Source of the DNA: an uncultured bacterium
Lineage (GTDB): Bacteria; Hydrothermota; Hydrothermia; UBA1063
Assembly: GCA_964654765.1 (NCBI GenBank)
Contig: CAZZKY010000146.1
Location: 14,694-78,693 of the forward strand
Direction: 5' to 3'
DNA: 64,000 nt
Made by a program: the position numbers and the translations under genes. Below the pieces are notes generated by a model, which worked only from the letters and a program-made list of their open reading frames with translations, ran no database searches and was not told where the DNA came from. Shown here piece after piece: positions 49,392 through 60,640 of the stretch; position 1 is the first letter of the stretch, and every line of letters starts with the position of its first letter.

Positions 49392-51362
49392 ATGGCAAAG
49401 GTAGCTTTAAAGAAAGTAGTTTTTTATGTACATTATTTAGAGAGAGAAAGATTGCTGGAGCGACTTCAGGACGAGGGACTCGTCCATTTCACCGAAATTA
49501 GGCGGGATTTAAAAGATGAATTCGAAGTTACTCATCTTTCTGAGGTTGAATTTGAATCCCATCTCGAGTCTGTATTAACACGGCTTTCTAATGCTATAAA
49601 GTTTCTTGAGAGTTATACCCGTAAAAAATCTTTTATAGAGAGCTTATATGAAGCAAAAAAGCCTGTTGAGAAGAAAGAATTTTTCAGGATAGCGCGCTGT
49701 GTTGAACCTGGTACAATTCTCGTTCAGGTTGAGACCCTTGAGCAAGAGTTGGCTCAGTTAGCCCAAGAAGAGTCCAACCTTTTGGCTCAGAAGAATTTCA
49801 TTTTACCTTGGGTTAATCTGGAATACAATCTTGAAGATATAAAGAGTACCGATGAATTGGTAATGGCGCCGGGTTCACTGCCCAGCGGTAAAATAGCTGA
49901 CCTTGAGGAACTCCCTTTGGCATGTCAACTTGTATATGATGATGGCAAAAGGGCCTATGTTGTTCTAATTTACCACAAAAAGGACGAGGATTTAATTCGA
50001 CCAATTCTACAGGAAAAAGAGTTTGAACCTGTTGAGTTCCACGGTTACCATGGTCGCCCTGCTGAAATTCTAAGAGAATTGGATGAAAAACTTAACATCC
50101 TTGAAGAGGAAAAGAAAAATTTAAAGCAGGCAATTGAAAAAGTTTCCAGGCATTATGATGTACTTACCATATTATACGATTATTATCAATCAGTTTACAA
50201 TAGAGAGTTGATAGACAACCGTGGGCTAAAGACTGCCAGTATCTCGGTTTACCAAGGTTATGTGAGGGAAAGAGAGCTCGCAAGGCTTGAAAAAGTCTTT
50301 TCCGAATTTGAAACTGCCTACTATGAAGTAGTTGAACCAGAAGATGGAGAGGAAGTTCCCGTTGAATTGGAAAACAGGAAGATTTTTAAACCGTTTGAAG
50401 GTCTGGTGAAGATGTATGGGCTTCCCTCTCCCATTGACCCTGACCCTACTGCGATCATAACGCCCTTTTTTATTCTATTTTTTGGGATTTGCTATGGAGA
50501 TGCCGCCTACGGATTACTACTTTCATTACTATCTATCTGGTTTATGAGGAAGCTGAAAATTTCAGCACCCCTTTTATGGATTCTTTTTGCTGGTGGAATC
50601 GCCTCCATGATTTTCGGTGCTATTACAGGCGGGTGGTTCGGGGATTTCTTTGAAAGGGCAAATATAGGTTTTCTCAATGCGTTTCGAAGGAAGATGATGG
50701 TTTTTGACCCAATGAATGATGTGATGACCTTTTTTGCTTTAACGATTGCCCTTGGTTTCATTCAAGTAAATGTGGGACTTGCAGTAAATGCCTACAAGAG
50801 GATTAGAGAGGGAGATACCATTGGGGCCATTTCTCAGCCTATTGCCTGGATAGTTATTTTATCTTCCCTTGTTTATCTTGGTCTTTTTGCAGGTAAGATT
50901 TCAAATCCACTGCTTAATAACACGGTGAAAGCACTGGCACTATTTTTCGTCCTATTAATGGTTTTGTTCAGTTCAAGGCATAGCAGGAATTTTGTTATTC
51001 GTATTGTGAAAGGTGCCTATAATGTTTACAATGGTGTTGGCTTCATAGGGGATCTTCTTTCCTACGTGCGTTTGATGGCTCTTGGCCTAACTTCCTCTGG
51101 AATTGCAATGGCTATCAATATCTTAACTCTGCTCGTTTGGCAAATTCCCATTGCTGGTTATATTCTTGGACCTTTGGTCTTTATTTTTGGGCATTTGTTC
51201 AGCCTTGCGATAAATATTCTCGGTTCAATTGTGCATCCGTTACGTTTGCAATATGTTGAGTTTTTCAAGCAGTTTTATGACGATGGTGGGACACCGTTCC
51301 TTCCTTTGAAGTGGGAGGGAAAATACACTGAAATTGTTGAAATTAAAAAACAGGAGGTGTAA
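49392..51362 (+). CDS. atpI: V-type ATPase subunit I (membrane a-subunit)
   Basis: 656 aa with an N-terminal ~330-aa soluble coiled-coil domain and C-terminal multi-TM domain. The essential Arg lies in 'LSYVRLMALGL'. Confidence 0.9.
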   Translation: MAKVALKKVVFYVHYLERERLLERLQDEGLVHFTEIRRDLKDEFEVTHLSEVEFESHLESVLTRLSNAIKFLESYTRKKSFIESLYEAKKPVEKKEFFRIARCVEPGTILVQVETLEQELAQLAQEESNLLAQKNFILPWVNLEYNLEDIKSTDELVMAPGSLPSGKIADLEELPLACQLVYDDGKRAYVVLIYHKKDEDLIRPILQEKEFEPVEFHGYHGRPAEILRELDEKLNILEEEKKNLKQAIEKVSRHYDVLTILYDYYQSVYNRELIDNRGLKTASISVYQGYVRERELARLEKVFSEFETAYYEVVEPEDGEEVPVELENRKIFKPFEGLVKMYGLPSPIDPDPTAIITPFFILFFGICYGDAAYGLLLSLLSIWFMRKLKISAPLLWILFAGGIASMIFGAITGGWFGDFFERANIGFLNAFRRKMMVFDPMNDVMTFFALTIALGFIQVNVGLAVNAYKRIREGDTIGAISQPIAWIVILSSLVYLGLFAGKISNPLLNNTVKALALFFVLLMVLFSSRHSRNFVIRIVKGAYNVYNGVGFIGDLLSYVRLMALGLTSSGIAMAINILTLLVWQIPIAGYILGPLVFIFGHLFSLAINILGSIVHPLRLQYVEFFKQFYDDGGTPFLPLKWEGKYTEIVEIKKQEV

Positions 51363-51363
51363 A

Positions 51364-51834
51364 TTGACTGCAGGACTTTGGTTATCAATACTTGGTGCTG
51401 GACTGGCGACCTTTTTGCCGGGTCTTGGTTCAGCAATAGGGGTTGGCACGACAGCAAGGGCTGCTGCAGGTGTTCTTTCTGAAGATCCAAGTAAGTTTGG
51501 AAGGTTGTTTCTCCTGGTAGCCCTTCCAGGTACTCAGGGTTTTTACGGATTTATTGCGGCTCTCCTTGTCATAATTAAAGTTGGTCTTTTGGGTGAGGTT
51601 AAGCCTCTTGATTTCATGCAGGGGCTTCAGATTTTCCTTGCCACTATTCCGATAACTTTTCTTGGGTACTTTTCAGCCATACATCAGGGTAAAGTGTGTA
51701 CTGCTGGTGTTGAGATGGCTGCTAAAAAGCCCGAATCTTCCATGCAACCAGTTATTTATGCAGGTTTAGTTGAAACTTACGCTGTTCTTGGCCTTCTTGC
51801 TACTATATTTATTCTACTTGGCATTAAGGTTTAA
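51364..51834 (+). CDS. atpK: V-type ATPase subunit K (proteolipid c-subunit)
   Basis: A TTG start after the AGGAGG RBS ('LTAGLWLSILGAGLATFLPGLGSAIGVG'). It has four TM helices and the ion-binding Glu in 'GLVETYAVLGLL'. The upstream ATG at 51334 overlaps atpI and is less likely. Confidence 0.85.
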   Translation: MTAGLWLSILGAGLATFLPGLGSAIGVGTTARAAAGVLSEDPSKFGRLFLLVALPGTQGFYGFIAALLVIIKVGLLGEVKPLDFMQGLQIFLATIPITFLGYFSAIHQGKVCTAGVEMAAKKPESSMQPVIYAGLVETYAVLGLLATIFILLGIKV

Positions 51835-51845
51835 GGAGGTCGATA

Positions 51846-52421
51846 TTGGGCCTTCAAGAGATACTGAATAAAATTAAAGAAGAGACTGAACTTAAAAGGC
51901 GAGGAATCCTCGATAGAGCAATAGCTGAAAGAGAAAGAATCCTGAAAGAAGCGGATGCTCGAGTGGAGGAAATTCTTCATAAAGCCCAGCAGGAAAAGGA
52001 GAAGCTGGTAATTCAAAAGCTTAATGCACTAATTGCAGATTACGAAATAAAGTCAAATGTTGAAATTGCTAAAATAAAAAGGGAAATTTTGAAAAGGGTT
52101 TACGAAAAGGTCCAGAGGTACATAATCGAAAATAAGCAGATTTACAGCGAGATTGTAAGAAAGCTGTTTGAACTGGTTGAATTGAATGGAGATGAGGAAA
52201 TATTTGTTCAAGAGGGTGAGTCGGTAATCAACAGGGATTTCATAGACCAGATAAACAGGGAAAAGGGTTGGAAATTGAAGCTATCAGAGAATCCTGTCAG
52301 GATCAGTGGTGGATTCATTGCGAAGGGTCCAAATTCGGTTATAGACGCTTCCATAGAGAAACTCATCGAAATTTTACAGGAGGAGACTGAAGTTCATGTG
52401 TCAAACATTTTGTTTTTCTAA
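51846..52421 (+). CDS. atpE: V-type ATPase subunit E (peripheral stalk)
   Basis: 191 aa. It has an N-terminal long charged helix and a C-terminal globular domain, occupies the position after K, and has a TTG start with an AAGGAGG RBS. Confidence 0.8.
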   Translation: MGLQEILNKIKEETELKRRGILDRAIAERERILKEADARVEEILHKAQQEKEKLVIQKLNALIADYEIKSNVEIAKIKREILKRVYEKVQRYIIENKQIYSEIVRKLFELVELNGDEEIFVQEGESVINRDFIDQINREKGWKLKLSENPVRISGGFIAKGPNSVIDASIEKLIEILQEETEVHVSNILFF

Positions 52422-52430
52422 GTAACAGTT

Positions 52431-53450
52431 ATGTTAAAATTACCGTTTAATAGGTATCCTTCTTTTGGAAAAGATGACCCTGAATATGCCTATGCGTGTG
52501 GAAGGATAAAGGCTCTTGAGACAAAACTGCTGGATCGTGTAAGGTTTGAACGCCTTGCAACTTCAAAAGATATAGAGGAACTCTTCAAGATGCTTCAGGA
52601 TACGGAATATTCAAGGTACTTAAACGAAATACACAAGCCTTCAGACTTTGAGATTTTGCTGAAAAAAGAGCTTGAAAGGCTTTTCTCCTTAGTTTCTGAA
52701 TTGTCAGTAGAGCCAGCCCTTGAAAGGGATCTAAGGCTGCCATACGATTTTTTAAATTTGAAAATACTTGTGAAGTCCCTTATTTTCGAAAAGGACTTTT
52801 CGCACGCCTTTTCTAAGTACTCTTATTATCCTGCGACTTTGCTTAAACACGAACTTGAAACTGGCAAAGGTGATATGCTTATGAAAGAAATTTATGATGC
52901 TTATGAGTATGCAATTTCCTCCTATTATGAAACCAGGGAAGTCTTCAGAATTGATTCAGCGGTCGATAATGTGATGTATGGATATTTCGCTAACTCTTCA
53001 TTTTTTGAGTTTTTAAGAATCTACTACAATTTAAATGCAGACCTCAAGAATTTAATATCCTTTTTAAGACTTGAAAGGATGGGAAAACTGCAAGCCCTAA
53101 AACATGTTTTACTGGCTGCAGGATATTTGCCTCAGGAACTCTTCTATAAGGTCCCAGATTTTAACACTTTACTATATGAGATAAGGCATACAGTTTATTA
53201 TCAAGTTCTTCAACCGGGGTACGCACAATATCAGAAGACTGGAAGTTTCGTTAAGATGGAAAAGGATGTTGCCAATTACTTGAACGGCCTTGTTAAAGAG
53301 GCCTCCAAAAAGGATCTTTCGGTGGAAGTATTAATATCCTACTTTTTCAGAAAGAAATACGAGGTCTCCTTACTCAGGATGATTATGGTATCAAAACTTA
53401 ACCAACTCCCCAAAGAAATTGTTATTGAAAGAATTCCGGAGGTATTATGA
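52431..53450 (+). CDS. atpC: V-type ATPase subunit C (archaeal-type C / eukaryotic d)
   Basis: 339 aa, an all-helical protein in the conserved position between E and F. Confidence 0.8.
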   Translation: MLKLPFNRYPSFGKDDPEYAYACGRIKALETKLLDRVRFERLATSKDIEELFKMLQDTEYSRYLNEIHKPSDFEILLKKELERLFSLVSELSVEPALERDLRLPYDFLNLKILVKSLIFEKDFSHAFSKYSYYPATLLKHELETGKGDMLMKEIYDAYEYAISSYYETREVFRIDSAVDNVMYGYFANSSFFEFLRIYYNLNADLKNLISFLRLERMGKLQALKHVLLAAGYLPQELFYKVPDFNTLLYEIRHTVYYQVLQPGYAQYQKTGSFVKMEKDVANYLNGLVKEASKKDLSVEVLISYFFRKKYEVSLLRMIMVSKLNQLPKEIVIERIPEVL

Positions 53451-53755
53451 AAAGGGTGATTTGCCTTGGAAAGTATGAAACGGTATTTCCTCTGAAAGCC
53501 ATAGGAATGGAGTATAGGGTTTGTAACACTGGCGAAGAAGCAAGAGAAGCCCTCAAGAGTCTTATTTCTCAGAATTACGGCTTGATTTTTATAGAGGAGG
53601 ATTATTTTCAAAGTGTTAAGGATATCGTTGATAGTTTGAAAGAGCAGGCATACCCTGCCGTAACTTTCATTCCTGGTGCGGGTGGAAGTACCGGCCAGGC
53701 AAGGGAAAAGTTGAGAGCAATTTTGCTTAGAGCCATTGGAATTGACATCTTTTAG
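53447..53755 (+). CDS. atpF: V-type ATPase subunit F
   Basis: 102 aa. '[20 protein letters not shown]...[11 protein letters not shown]' shows the flavodoxin-like fold typical of F. There is an ATGA overlap with atpC. Confidence 0.8.
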   Translation: MKRVICLGKYETVFPLKAIGMEYRVCNTGEEAREALKSLISQNYGLIFIEEDYFQSVKDIVDSLKEQAYPAVTFIPGAGGSTGQAREKLRAILLRAIGIDIF

Positions 53756-53765
53756 GAGGTTGAAA

Positions 53766-55523
53766 ATGAAATCAGGGCGAATCGTTAAAGTTTCAGGTCC
53801 TCTCGTTGTGGCCGAAGGTATGCTTGGTACTAAGATGTACGACGTTGTCTACGTTGGAGAGATGAGACTTTTGGGGGAAGTTATCGAATTGAAAGGCGAT
53901 AGGGCTTATATACAGGTTTATGAAGATACCCACGGGATAGGCCCCGGAGACCCAGTCTACGAAAGCGGTTATCCTCTTATGGTTGAACTTGGTCCTGGAC
54001 TTATAGAGTCTTTCTTTGACGGTATTCAAAGGCCCCTTGATAGAATAAAAGTTTTATCAGGCGATTTTATTTCCCGTGGTCTTCATGTACCTGGATTGCC
54101 CAGAGACAAGAAGTGGTTCTTTGTTCCAAAGGTGAAAAAGGGTGATGTTGTAGAAGAAGGCGATATCATAGGCGAGGTCGATGAGACTACTCTGGTAAAG
54201 CACAAAATAATGGTCCCGCCAGGTATTAACGGTGTTATCGATGATATTAAAGAGGGCGTTTTCACGGTGGAAGATGTGGTTGCGGTAGTTAAGGATAAGA
54301 ATGGAAAACTGCACGAGATTAAGATGATGCAGAAGTGGCCCGTAAGAATCCCAAGGCCCTATAAAGAAAAACATCTACCTGATACTCCCATGTTCACAGG
54401 GCAAAGAGTAATCGACACCTTTTTCCCTATTGCCAAAGGTGGTACTGCATGTGTTCCCGGACCTTTCGGATCAGGTAAAACTGTTATACAGCATCAGCTT
54501 GCCAAGTGGTCTGATGCTAACATTGTCGTTTACATAGGTTGTGGTGAGCGCGGTAATGAGATGACTGATGTATTAATAGAATTCCCAGAGTTGAAAGACC
54601 CTTATTCCGGACAGCCCTTAATGAAAAGGACTGTTTTGATCGCTAACACTTCGAATATGCCTGTAGCGGCGAGAGAGGCTTCCATTTACACCGGGATCAC
54701 TATTGCAGAGTATTTCAGGGATATGGGGTACTCCGTTGCTCTTATGGCCGATTCAACATCAAGATGGGCTGAAGCGATGAGAGAGATTTCAGGGCGTCTT
54801 GAAGAAATGCCAGGAGAAGAAGGTTATCCCGCGTATCTTGCAGCAAGGGTTGCCAGTTTTTACGAAAGGGCTGGGAAAGTCACTTGCCTTGGAAAGGATA
54901 ACAGGGAGGGAACCCTTACTGTGATTGGAGCAGTTTCCCCTCCCGGTGGTGACCTTTCAGATCCAGTGGTTCAGTCCACTCTTAGAGTTGTTAAGGTATT
55001 CTGGAGCCTTGAAGACAAACTCGCCTACAGAAGGCATTTCCCTGCCATCAACTGGCTGACCAGTTATTCACTTTACAGAGAAAGCTTAAGGCCCTATTAT
55101 GAGAAGAATGTGGCTCCAGACTTTTACGATATGGTTCTTGAAGCAATGAAAATTCTTGAGAAGGAAGCGGAACTGGAGGAGATTGTAAGGCTTGTTGGCG
55201 CAGAGGCATTGTCTCAAGATGACCAATTGCTTCTGGAAATAGCAAGAAGTATAAGAGAGGATTTTTTGCATCAAAACGCTTTTCATGAGGTAGACACTTT
55301 CGCATCTATAAGAAAACAGTACCTAATGCTCAAAGTTATATTAAAACTTTACGAAATATGTAAAGACATCATTGCAAAAGGTGAGACAACGGTGAAGGAT
55401 TTAAAGAAGAAACCCGTTTGGGAAAAAGTGGCGAGGATGAAATATTTTTCAGAGGATGAATTGGGTGAAATTGAGAAATTGTTAAAGGAGATTGATCATG
55501 AAGTTAGACAGCCAGTTGGTTAA
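53766..55523 (+). CDS. atpA: V-type ATPase catalytic subunit A
   Basis: The start is '[19 protein letters not shown]' after AGGAGG. Walker A is 'GPFGSGKTV', and the A-subunit non-homologous region is present. The length of 585 aa rules out an intein. Confidence 0.95.
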   Translation: MKSGRIVKVSGPLVVAEGMLGTKMYDVVYVGEMRLLGEVIELKGDRAYIQVYEDTHGIGPGDPVYESGYPLMVELGPGLIESFFDGIQRPLDRIKVLSGDFISRGLHVPGLPRDKKWFFVPKVKKGDVVEEGDIIGEVDETTLVKHKIMVPPGINGVIDDIKEGVFTVEDVVAVVKDKNGKLHEIKMMQKWPVRIPRPYKEKHLPDTPMFTGQRVIDTFFPIAKGGTACVPGPFGSGKTVIQHQLAKWSDANIVVYIGCGERGNEMTDVLIEFPELKDPYSGQPLMKRTVLIANTSNMPVAAREASIYTGITIAEYFRDMGYSVALMADSTSRWAEAMREISGRLEEMPGEEGYPAYLAARVASFYERAGKVTCLGKDNREGTLTVIGAVSPPGGDLSDPVVQSTLRVVKVFWSLEDKLAYRRHFPAINWLTSYSLYRESLRPYYEKNVAPDFYDMVLEAMKILEKEAELEEIVRLVGAEALSQDDQLLLEIARSIREDFLHQNAFHEVDTFASIRKQYLMLKVILKLYEICKDIIAKGETTVKDLKKKPVWEKVARMKYFSEDELGEIEKLLKEIDHEVRQPVG

Positions 55524-56907
55524 AAAGAGACTATCAAAATTTAACGCTGTTACCAATATTTCAGGTCCTCTAATGCTCGTTGAGGGCATCGGTGGTGTTA
55601 AATACGGTGAGCTTGTAGAAATTGAATTACCTTCTGGTGAGATTAGGAGGGGCGAAGTTTTACAGGTAGAAGAAGATAAGGTTTTATTGCAGGTTTTTGA
55701 GGGTACCTCGGGAATTGACATTCCAAAAACCTCAGTAAGATTTCTTGCAAAAGGTCTTGAAATTAACCTTTCCATTGATATGCTTGGGAGAGTTTTTAAT
55801 GGTCTCGGTCGCCCGATTGATGGTGGTCCCGAAGTAGTTCCTGAAGAGAGAGCAGATATTAATGGGGCACCAATAAACCCTTATGCCAGGGATTATCCAA
55901 ATGAATTTATTCAAACGGGTATTTCTGCAATTGATGGTTTGAACACCCTCGTTAGGGGGCAGAAACTTCCTATCTTCTCCGGCTCTGGTTTACCACATAA
56001 CAGGCTTGCTACGCAGATTGCCAGACAGGCAAAAGTTCGGGGAGAGGGTGAAAGTTTTGCAGTAGTTTTCGCTGCAATGGGTATTACCTTTGAAGAAGCA
56101 GAGTTCTTTATTAAAAGCTTCAGGGATACAGGTGCTATTGGTAGATCAGTCCTTTTTATAAATCTTGCCGATGACCCTGCAATAGAGAGAATAGCAACTC
56201 CAAGAGTTGCTCTAACTACCGCTGAGTACCTTGCATTTAAGAAAGATATGCATGTCCTTGTTATTCTTACCGATATGACAAATTACTGTGAAGCACTGCG
56301 CGAGATTTCTGCGGCGAGAAAGGAAGTTCCGGGAAGAAGAGGATACCCTGGATACCTTTATACTGATCTTGCCACTATTTATGAAAGAGCCGGGCGAATA
56401 AAAGGCAAAAAGGGCTCCATTACCTTAATTCCCATTCTTACTATGCCTGAAGACGATAAGACCCATCCCATACCTGACCTAACGGGCTATATAACGGAAG
56501 GCCAAATCATCCTTTCCAGGGCACTGCACAGGAAAAAGATTTACCCACCCATAGATGTCCTTCCTTCCCTTTCGAGGTTGAAGGATAAGGGAATTGGTAA
56601 AGGTAAAACGAGAGAGGACCATTCCGACGTTTTTAACCAGCTCTTTGCGTGTTATGCAAGGGGTAAAGAAGTTCAGGAATTAGCAGTAATTCTCGGTGAG
56701 GGTGCGTTATCAGAAATTGATAAAATTTATTCTAAATTTGCAGATCTCTTTGAAGAAAAATATGTGGGTCAGGGGGAATTTGAAGACAGGAGCATCGAGG
56801 AGACTCTTGATCTCGGTTGGGAATTACTTTCTATGTTTCCGACTTCTGAGCTTAAAAGAATTAGGCCTCAGTTTATTGAGAAGTATTTGAAGAAAGCAGA
56901 GAGTTGA
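55492..56907 (+). CDS. atpB: V-type ATPase subunit B
   Basis: 471 aa with '[10 protein letters not shown]...[27 protein letters not shown]' and the degenerate P-loop region 'SGSGLPHN'. Confidence 0.95.
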   Translation: MIMKLDSQLVKKRLSKFNAVTNISGPLMLVEGIGGVKYGELVEIELPSGEIRRGEVLQVEEDKVLLQVFEGTSGIDIPKTSVRFLAKGLEINLSIDMLGRVFNGLGRPIDGGPEVVPEERADINGAPINPYARDYPNEFIQTGISAIDGLNTLVRGQKLPIFSGSGLPHNRLATQIARQAKVRGEGESFAVVFAAMGITFEEAEFFIKSFRDTGAIGRSVLFINLADDPAIERIATPRVALTTAEYLAFKKDMHVLVILTDMTNYCEALREISAARKEVPGRRGYPGYLYTDLATIYERAGRIKGKKGSITLIPILTMPEDDKTHPIPDLTGYITEGQIILSRALHRKKIYPPIDVLPSLSRLKDKGIGKGKTREDHSDVFNQLFACYARGKEVQELAVILGEGALSEIDKIYSKFADLFEEKYVGQGEFEDRSIEETLDLGWELLSMFPTSELKRIRPQFIEKYLKKAES

Positions 56908-56947
56908 AACATATTCTCTGCTCACTAAACTCTGTGAGGATTTTCTA

Positions 56948-58846
56948 ATGCTAAAAATAATCATAACTTTTTTAGTTTTTGGAAAATTTGCGTATATTGT
57001 CGAGCTTGATTCTACTTATGAAGCATACTACGAAAGCGGAATTAGTGAGAGGATTGAATATAGGCGTGTTAAAGTTTTAGAGAATGAGATTCCAGAAGAA
57101 TTGAGGGCTTTAGAGGTCACCTATACTCCCTACTACAATACAGCGGATTTTGAGTTTGTGAGAGTTATAAGAGGTAGGGACACATTATATCTTGATACTG
57201 AGGATATTGTTGACGTTCTTGCCCCACCTGACCTTGGAGGTACTATTTTTTGGGGAGAGAGAAAGAAAATTCTTGAGATCAAGGATTTGAGAAAAGGAGA
57301 TATCCTTGAGAGTAAGGTCAAAAAGTATGGAGGAAACTGGCTTGGCCCCACAGGAGTAGACAAATACAAAACACCTTATCCTGGATATTTTAATCAGATA
57401 GTCCTTTTTGGGGAAGAGGTTCCGGTAAAGAAAAAAGTGTACTTGTTAGAAGAATTACCAGAAAAACCCATTAAATTTGGAATTTTCAATGGGAAAATCA
57501 GACATCGCATCATAACAAAGGATGGAAAAAAGATTCACGTGTTTTATTCTAAAAATATAAGGCCTTACAAGGTGGAATCTCTCTCTCCTTCAATATACGA
57601 TTTTGTGCCCAAGCTCATCGTCACCAACATTCCTTCTTGGAATGAAATGTCTCGCATTGAATTCCACAGAGCTGAGCCCAATGTTACACCTAATGAAACG
57701 ATAAAAATCTTTGCAGATAGTCTTTGTAAGGGCATTATGGATGAGGATGAAAAAATAAGAAGACTATTTTATTTTGTGGCAGATGAAATTCGATACCTTG
57801 GACTCATTGAATCTGAAATGGAGGGCTACGAGCCTCACCCTGCCTGGTTAACTTTGCAGAAAAGATCGGGAGTTTGTAAAGATAAAGCAGCGTTGTTGGT
57901 TGCTCTTCTAAGGGCACAGGGCTTTAAAGCTTATTATGCAACCACTGCCGTGGGGATGAGGGTGGAAAACATTCCTGCGGACCAAACAAATCACGCTATC
58001 GTTGCTATAGAGAGAGGTGAGAATTATGAATTTCTTGATCCTACCATAGGTGCTGGTGGAAGAGACCTTTTGCCTGCATCGGAAGGCGGTCAATCGGTTT
58101 TGGTGTCGAGAGAAGATGGAGACACTTTGAGAACCATTCCTGTTTCGCCGGCTGAAAAGAATAAAGTTTCAATTTATATCTATACAAATTTATCAGGTGA
58201 TACTATTCATTTTGTCTATTTGATGAACTTCGACGGCGCTTTTGATCAGAGATTTCGCAGAGTTGCCCAGAGTGGAAGGCAGAGAATGAAAAACTTTCTT
58301 CATAACATCTTAAGTGAGGTCTATTCAGGCGTTGTTGTTATAGATTCCATAAGATTTACAGACCCCAAAGACTATTCTGACTACTTCAAGGTCTGGATTT
58401 CAGGTAGAGCTTTTAATTCTGTTATCAATACTTCAGATTTCAAACTTTATAGGCCGGTTTGTTCTAAACTTACTTCAAGTTTTGTTTATTTTCTGAGACA
58501 TTTGAATTCCAAAAGAGAGCTGGATTTAGTTATTTCGTCGCCTCAGACCTATGAGGTAAAGGAGTTCGTTCCACTTGCTAAGGTAGTGGAACCTTTAAAA
58601 AAGCACGTTAGTTTTGGTAAAGAACAAGCTTACCTTTTTAACTTTGAAACAGGTTATTTCGTTGACCAAGTTGAGGGGGCAAGGTACTTTTTAAACACAG
58701 AAGAAAGCGGCGGTTGGTATAGTCTTACGACTTCATTCGTATTCAGTAAGAAGAAATATTCTCCCGTTGAAGTTAAATCGATGTTTAAAGATTATCAAAA
58801 TTTGCAGGAAAGTGAGAATATTTGGCTAATTTTTAAAGGAGAATAG
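56948..58846 (+). CDS. Secreted transglutaminase-like cysteine protease-fold protein with a DUF3857-like N-terminal region
   Basis: 632 aa with a hydrophobic N-terminus (signal or anchor). The catalytic triad is intact: Cys in 'SGVCKDKAALLVALLRAQGFKAYYA', His in 'NHAIVAIE' and Asp in 'FLDPT'. Confidence 0.75.
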   Translation: MLKIIITFLVFGKFAYIVELDSTYEAYYESGISERIEYRRVKVLENEIPEELRALEVTYTPYYNTADFEFVRVIRGRDTLYLDTEDIVDVLAPPDLGGTIFWGERKKILEIKDLRKGDILESKVKKYGGNWLGPTGVDKYKTPYPGYFNQIVLFGEEVPVKKKVYLLEELPEKPIKFGIFNGKIRHRIITKDGKKIHVFYSKNIRPYKVESLSPSIYDFVPKLIVTNIPSWNEMSRIEFHRAEPNVTPNETIKIFADSLCKGIMDEDEKIRRLFYFVADEIRYLGLIESEMEGYEPHPAWLTLQKRSGVCKDKAALLVALLRAQGFKAYYATTAVGMRVENIPADQTNHAIVAIERGENYEFLDPTIGAGGRDLLPASEGGQSVLVSREDGDTLRTIPVSPAEKNKVSIYIYTNLSGDTIHFVYLMNFDGAFDQRFRRVAQSGRQRMKNFLHNILSEVYSGVVVIDSIRFTDPKDYSDYFKVWISGRAFNSVINTSDFKLYRPVCSKLTSSFVYFLRHLNSKRELDLVISSPQTYEVKEFVPLAKVVEPLKKHVSFGKEQAYLFNFETGYFVDQVEGARYFLNTEESGGWYSLTTSFVFSKKKYSPVEVKSMFKDYQNLQESENIWLIFKGE

Positions 58847-58849
58847 GAA

Positions 58850-60589
58850 ATGTTGTTCCTTTCCATATTGCTGTTCGGTCAATATATCATAAGTAAAGGT
58901 GACACAGTAAAAGTGAGTTATAAGGAGTACAGACTTGATGATAGCTTGATAATTGCCAAGGAGGAGCGAAAAATACTTATAAGGACTGAAGAGGCAAGAG
59001 AGTATTTTGGCACGATAATATTCCCTTATGACGATTCAACAGAAACTATTGAAGTTCTTTATGCCCGTACCATAACCCCTGAAGGTGACACCATAAATGT
59101 AACAGAGAATGCGATAAACAGGGTAGCAGCCCCCTTAGTTGACTCTTACCCTTTTTTAAAAAATAGAAAAGAACTCCACATTTCATTCCTTTCTATAAAG
59201 CCGGGTTCAACTATTGAATATTGCGTGGAAAGGAAGATAAAGAACTTCGATTATGTGGATGGAATTGAATATTTTAGAAGCATTATTCCTGTTGAATATG
59301 GCAGACTGGTTTTTCATTTTCCTCAAAAGTTAGGCCTAAGGTTTTATAAAGGTAACACCGAAATTTGCAACTTTTCTGAAAACTTAAGGGATTCTGCAGA
59401 TTACAGAGTTTACGAAATTGAATTTAAAAATGTTCCTGAAATTGTTAAAAACGAATGGGGTGGATTTCCTCCTACTCATTTAATCTCGCCTTACGTAATG
59501 TTTACCACGTTTCCTTCTTGGGATTCCCTGATAAGCTATATTTCATTTCATTATAGAAAGCTTGAAGCAATAAAGCCTCAAAAAATGGAACTTAGTAAAC
59601 TTAAGGAGTTAAGTAAGAAGATAAATTCCCCTGAGTGGGAAAATTTTAAGATTCAGGGTTATGTTCCCATAGATAGAAATCGTTCTGCTTCTTTCTATAC
59701 TATGACTTATCCAGAGAAGATTTTGAGAATCTTTTCTTCCTTTGAAGGGCTCTCCTTAGCTTTGGTTCTCCGATACGGATATGATACACTTAATTTAATT
59801 CCTTCCTTGTCTGCCATAGAAAATATAGTTCTCTATGATGGCATCAGATTTCTATTTCCCATTCAGAGTGAAGAGAAGGTACTGAGTACCCCTTACGAAG
59901 GCCATATTGCACTTGTGCTTTCTTCCGATTTGAATAGTTATTCCGTTGAGCAAATAGGGTTCAGGGATGTACTTTCAGAGACGCTTTTTATCGATATACC
60001 GAGAAAGTTAATCTCATTTTCAAGTTGGGTCCCGTCAAGTAGGTTGCTCAGATCCTATTCGTGGTCAAGGAGAAGCAGGGTGGATTTTGAAAATGTGGAG
60101 AAATTCATTCCGCGGTCAAAGTTTTCCATTTATGGGGTAATTAAAGATTTTGCGGCATCTTTGAAATATGAGAATGTTCCTGATAAACCCTATTTTATAT
60201 CAGGGAGGGTCAAGTATAAGTCTATCGGGTCACAAATAGGTAAATATTTGATTCTTTATATTCCTGAAATGCCAAAAATTGAGCCGGAGCTATTTAAAAA
60301 TGGATACTATCTGAATCGTTGGGATGTGTCTAAGAGGAATGTTTGCTTCATAGTAAAAGTGCCTAAGGGCTATAGGGTGAAATATGCACCCCAACCAGTA
60401 TCTTATGAGGACGATAAGGTCTCTTTGATAAGGGATGTGGAGTATAATCGTGGCTTAGTGATAATAAAACAGAGTATGGCTTTTTTGAAAAGATATTTTG
60501 AATACGAAGATTTAGTGAAAATGACTCGTAGTCCCGAATTTGTTAATTTAACGTCGCCTCAAGTGATTATTTTTGAGCGTAAACGTTGA
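58850..60589 (+). CDS. Paralog of the preceding protein lacking the transglutaminase catalytic Cys/His/Asp (probable pseudo-enzyme partner)
   Basis: 579 aa, starting 4 nt after the previous stop, with a hydrophobic N-terminus. Its N-terminal ~150 aa align with the DUF3857-like region of the upstream protein ('TIIFPYDDSTETIEVLYARTITPEGDTINV...RVAAPLVD' versus 'LEVTYTPYYNTADFEFVRVIRGRDTLYLD...DVLAPPD'). It has no GxCxD/NHA/DPT core. Confidence 0.5.
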   Translation: MLFLSILLFGQYIISKGDTVKVSYKEYRLDDSLIIAKEERKILIRTEEAREYFGTIIFPYDDSTETIEVLYARTITPEGDTINVTENAINRVAAPLVDSYPFLKNRKELHISFLSIKPGSTIEYCVERKIKNFDYVDGIEYFRSIIPVEYGRLVFHFPQKLGLRFYKGNTEICNFSENLRDSADYRVYEIEFKNVPEIVKNEWGGFPPTHLISPYVMFTTFPSWDSLISYISFHYRKLEAIKPQKMELSKLKELSKKINSPEWENFKIQGYVPIDRNRSASFYTMTYPEKILRIFSSFEGLSLALVLRYGYDTLNLIPSLSAIENIVLYDGIRFLFPIQSEEKVLSTPYEGHIALVLSSDLNSYSVEQIGFRDVLSETLFIDIPRKLISFSSWVPSSRLLRSYSWSRRSRVDFENVEKFIPRSKFSIYGVIKDFAASLKYENVPDKPYFISGRVKYKSIGSQIGKYLILYIPEMPKIEPELFKNGYYLNRWDVSKRNVCFIVKVPKGYRVKYAPQPVSYEDDKVSLIRDVEYNRGLVIIKQSMAFLKRYFEYEDLVKMTRSPEFVNLTSPQVIIFERKR

Positions 60590-60640
60590 ATTTGAGAAGA
60601 TTTAGCATTACAATCTATTTTGCTATCAAAGGAGTAGGAA

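Noticed and set aside
53766-55523. Possible intein in the V-ATPase A subunit
   Set aside because: The protein is about 585 aa with a contiguous P-loop and catalytic region. No extra ~400-aa insertion or Hint/endonuclease motifs are present.
56908-56947. Weak hairpin (CTCAC...GTGAG) after atpB as an operon terminator
   Set aside because: It is a 5-bp stem with a 10-nt loop and no U-tract. It is unlikely to terminate transcription, so the downstream cluster may be co-transcribed.
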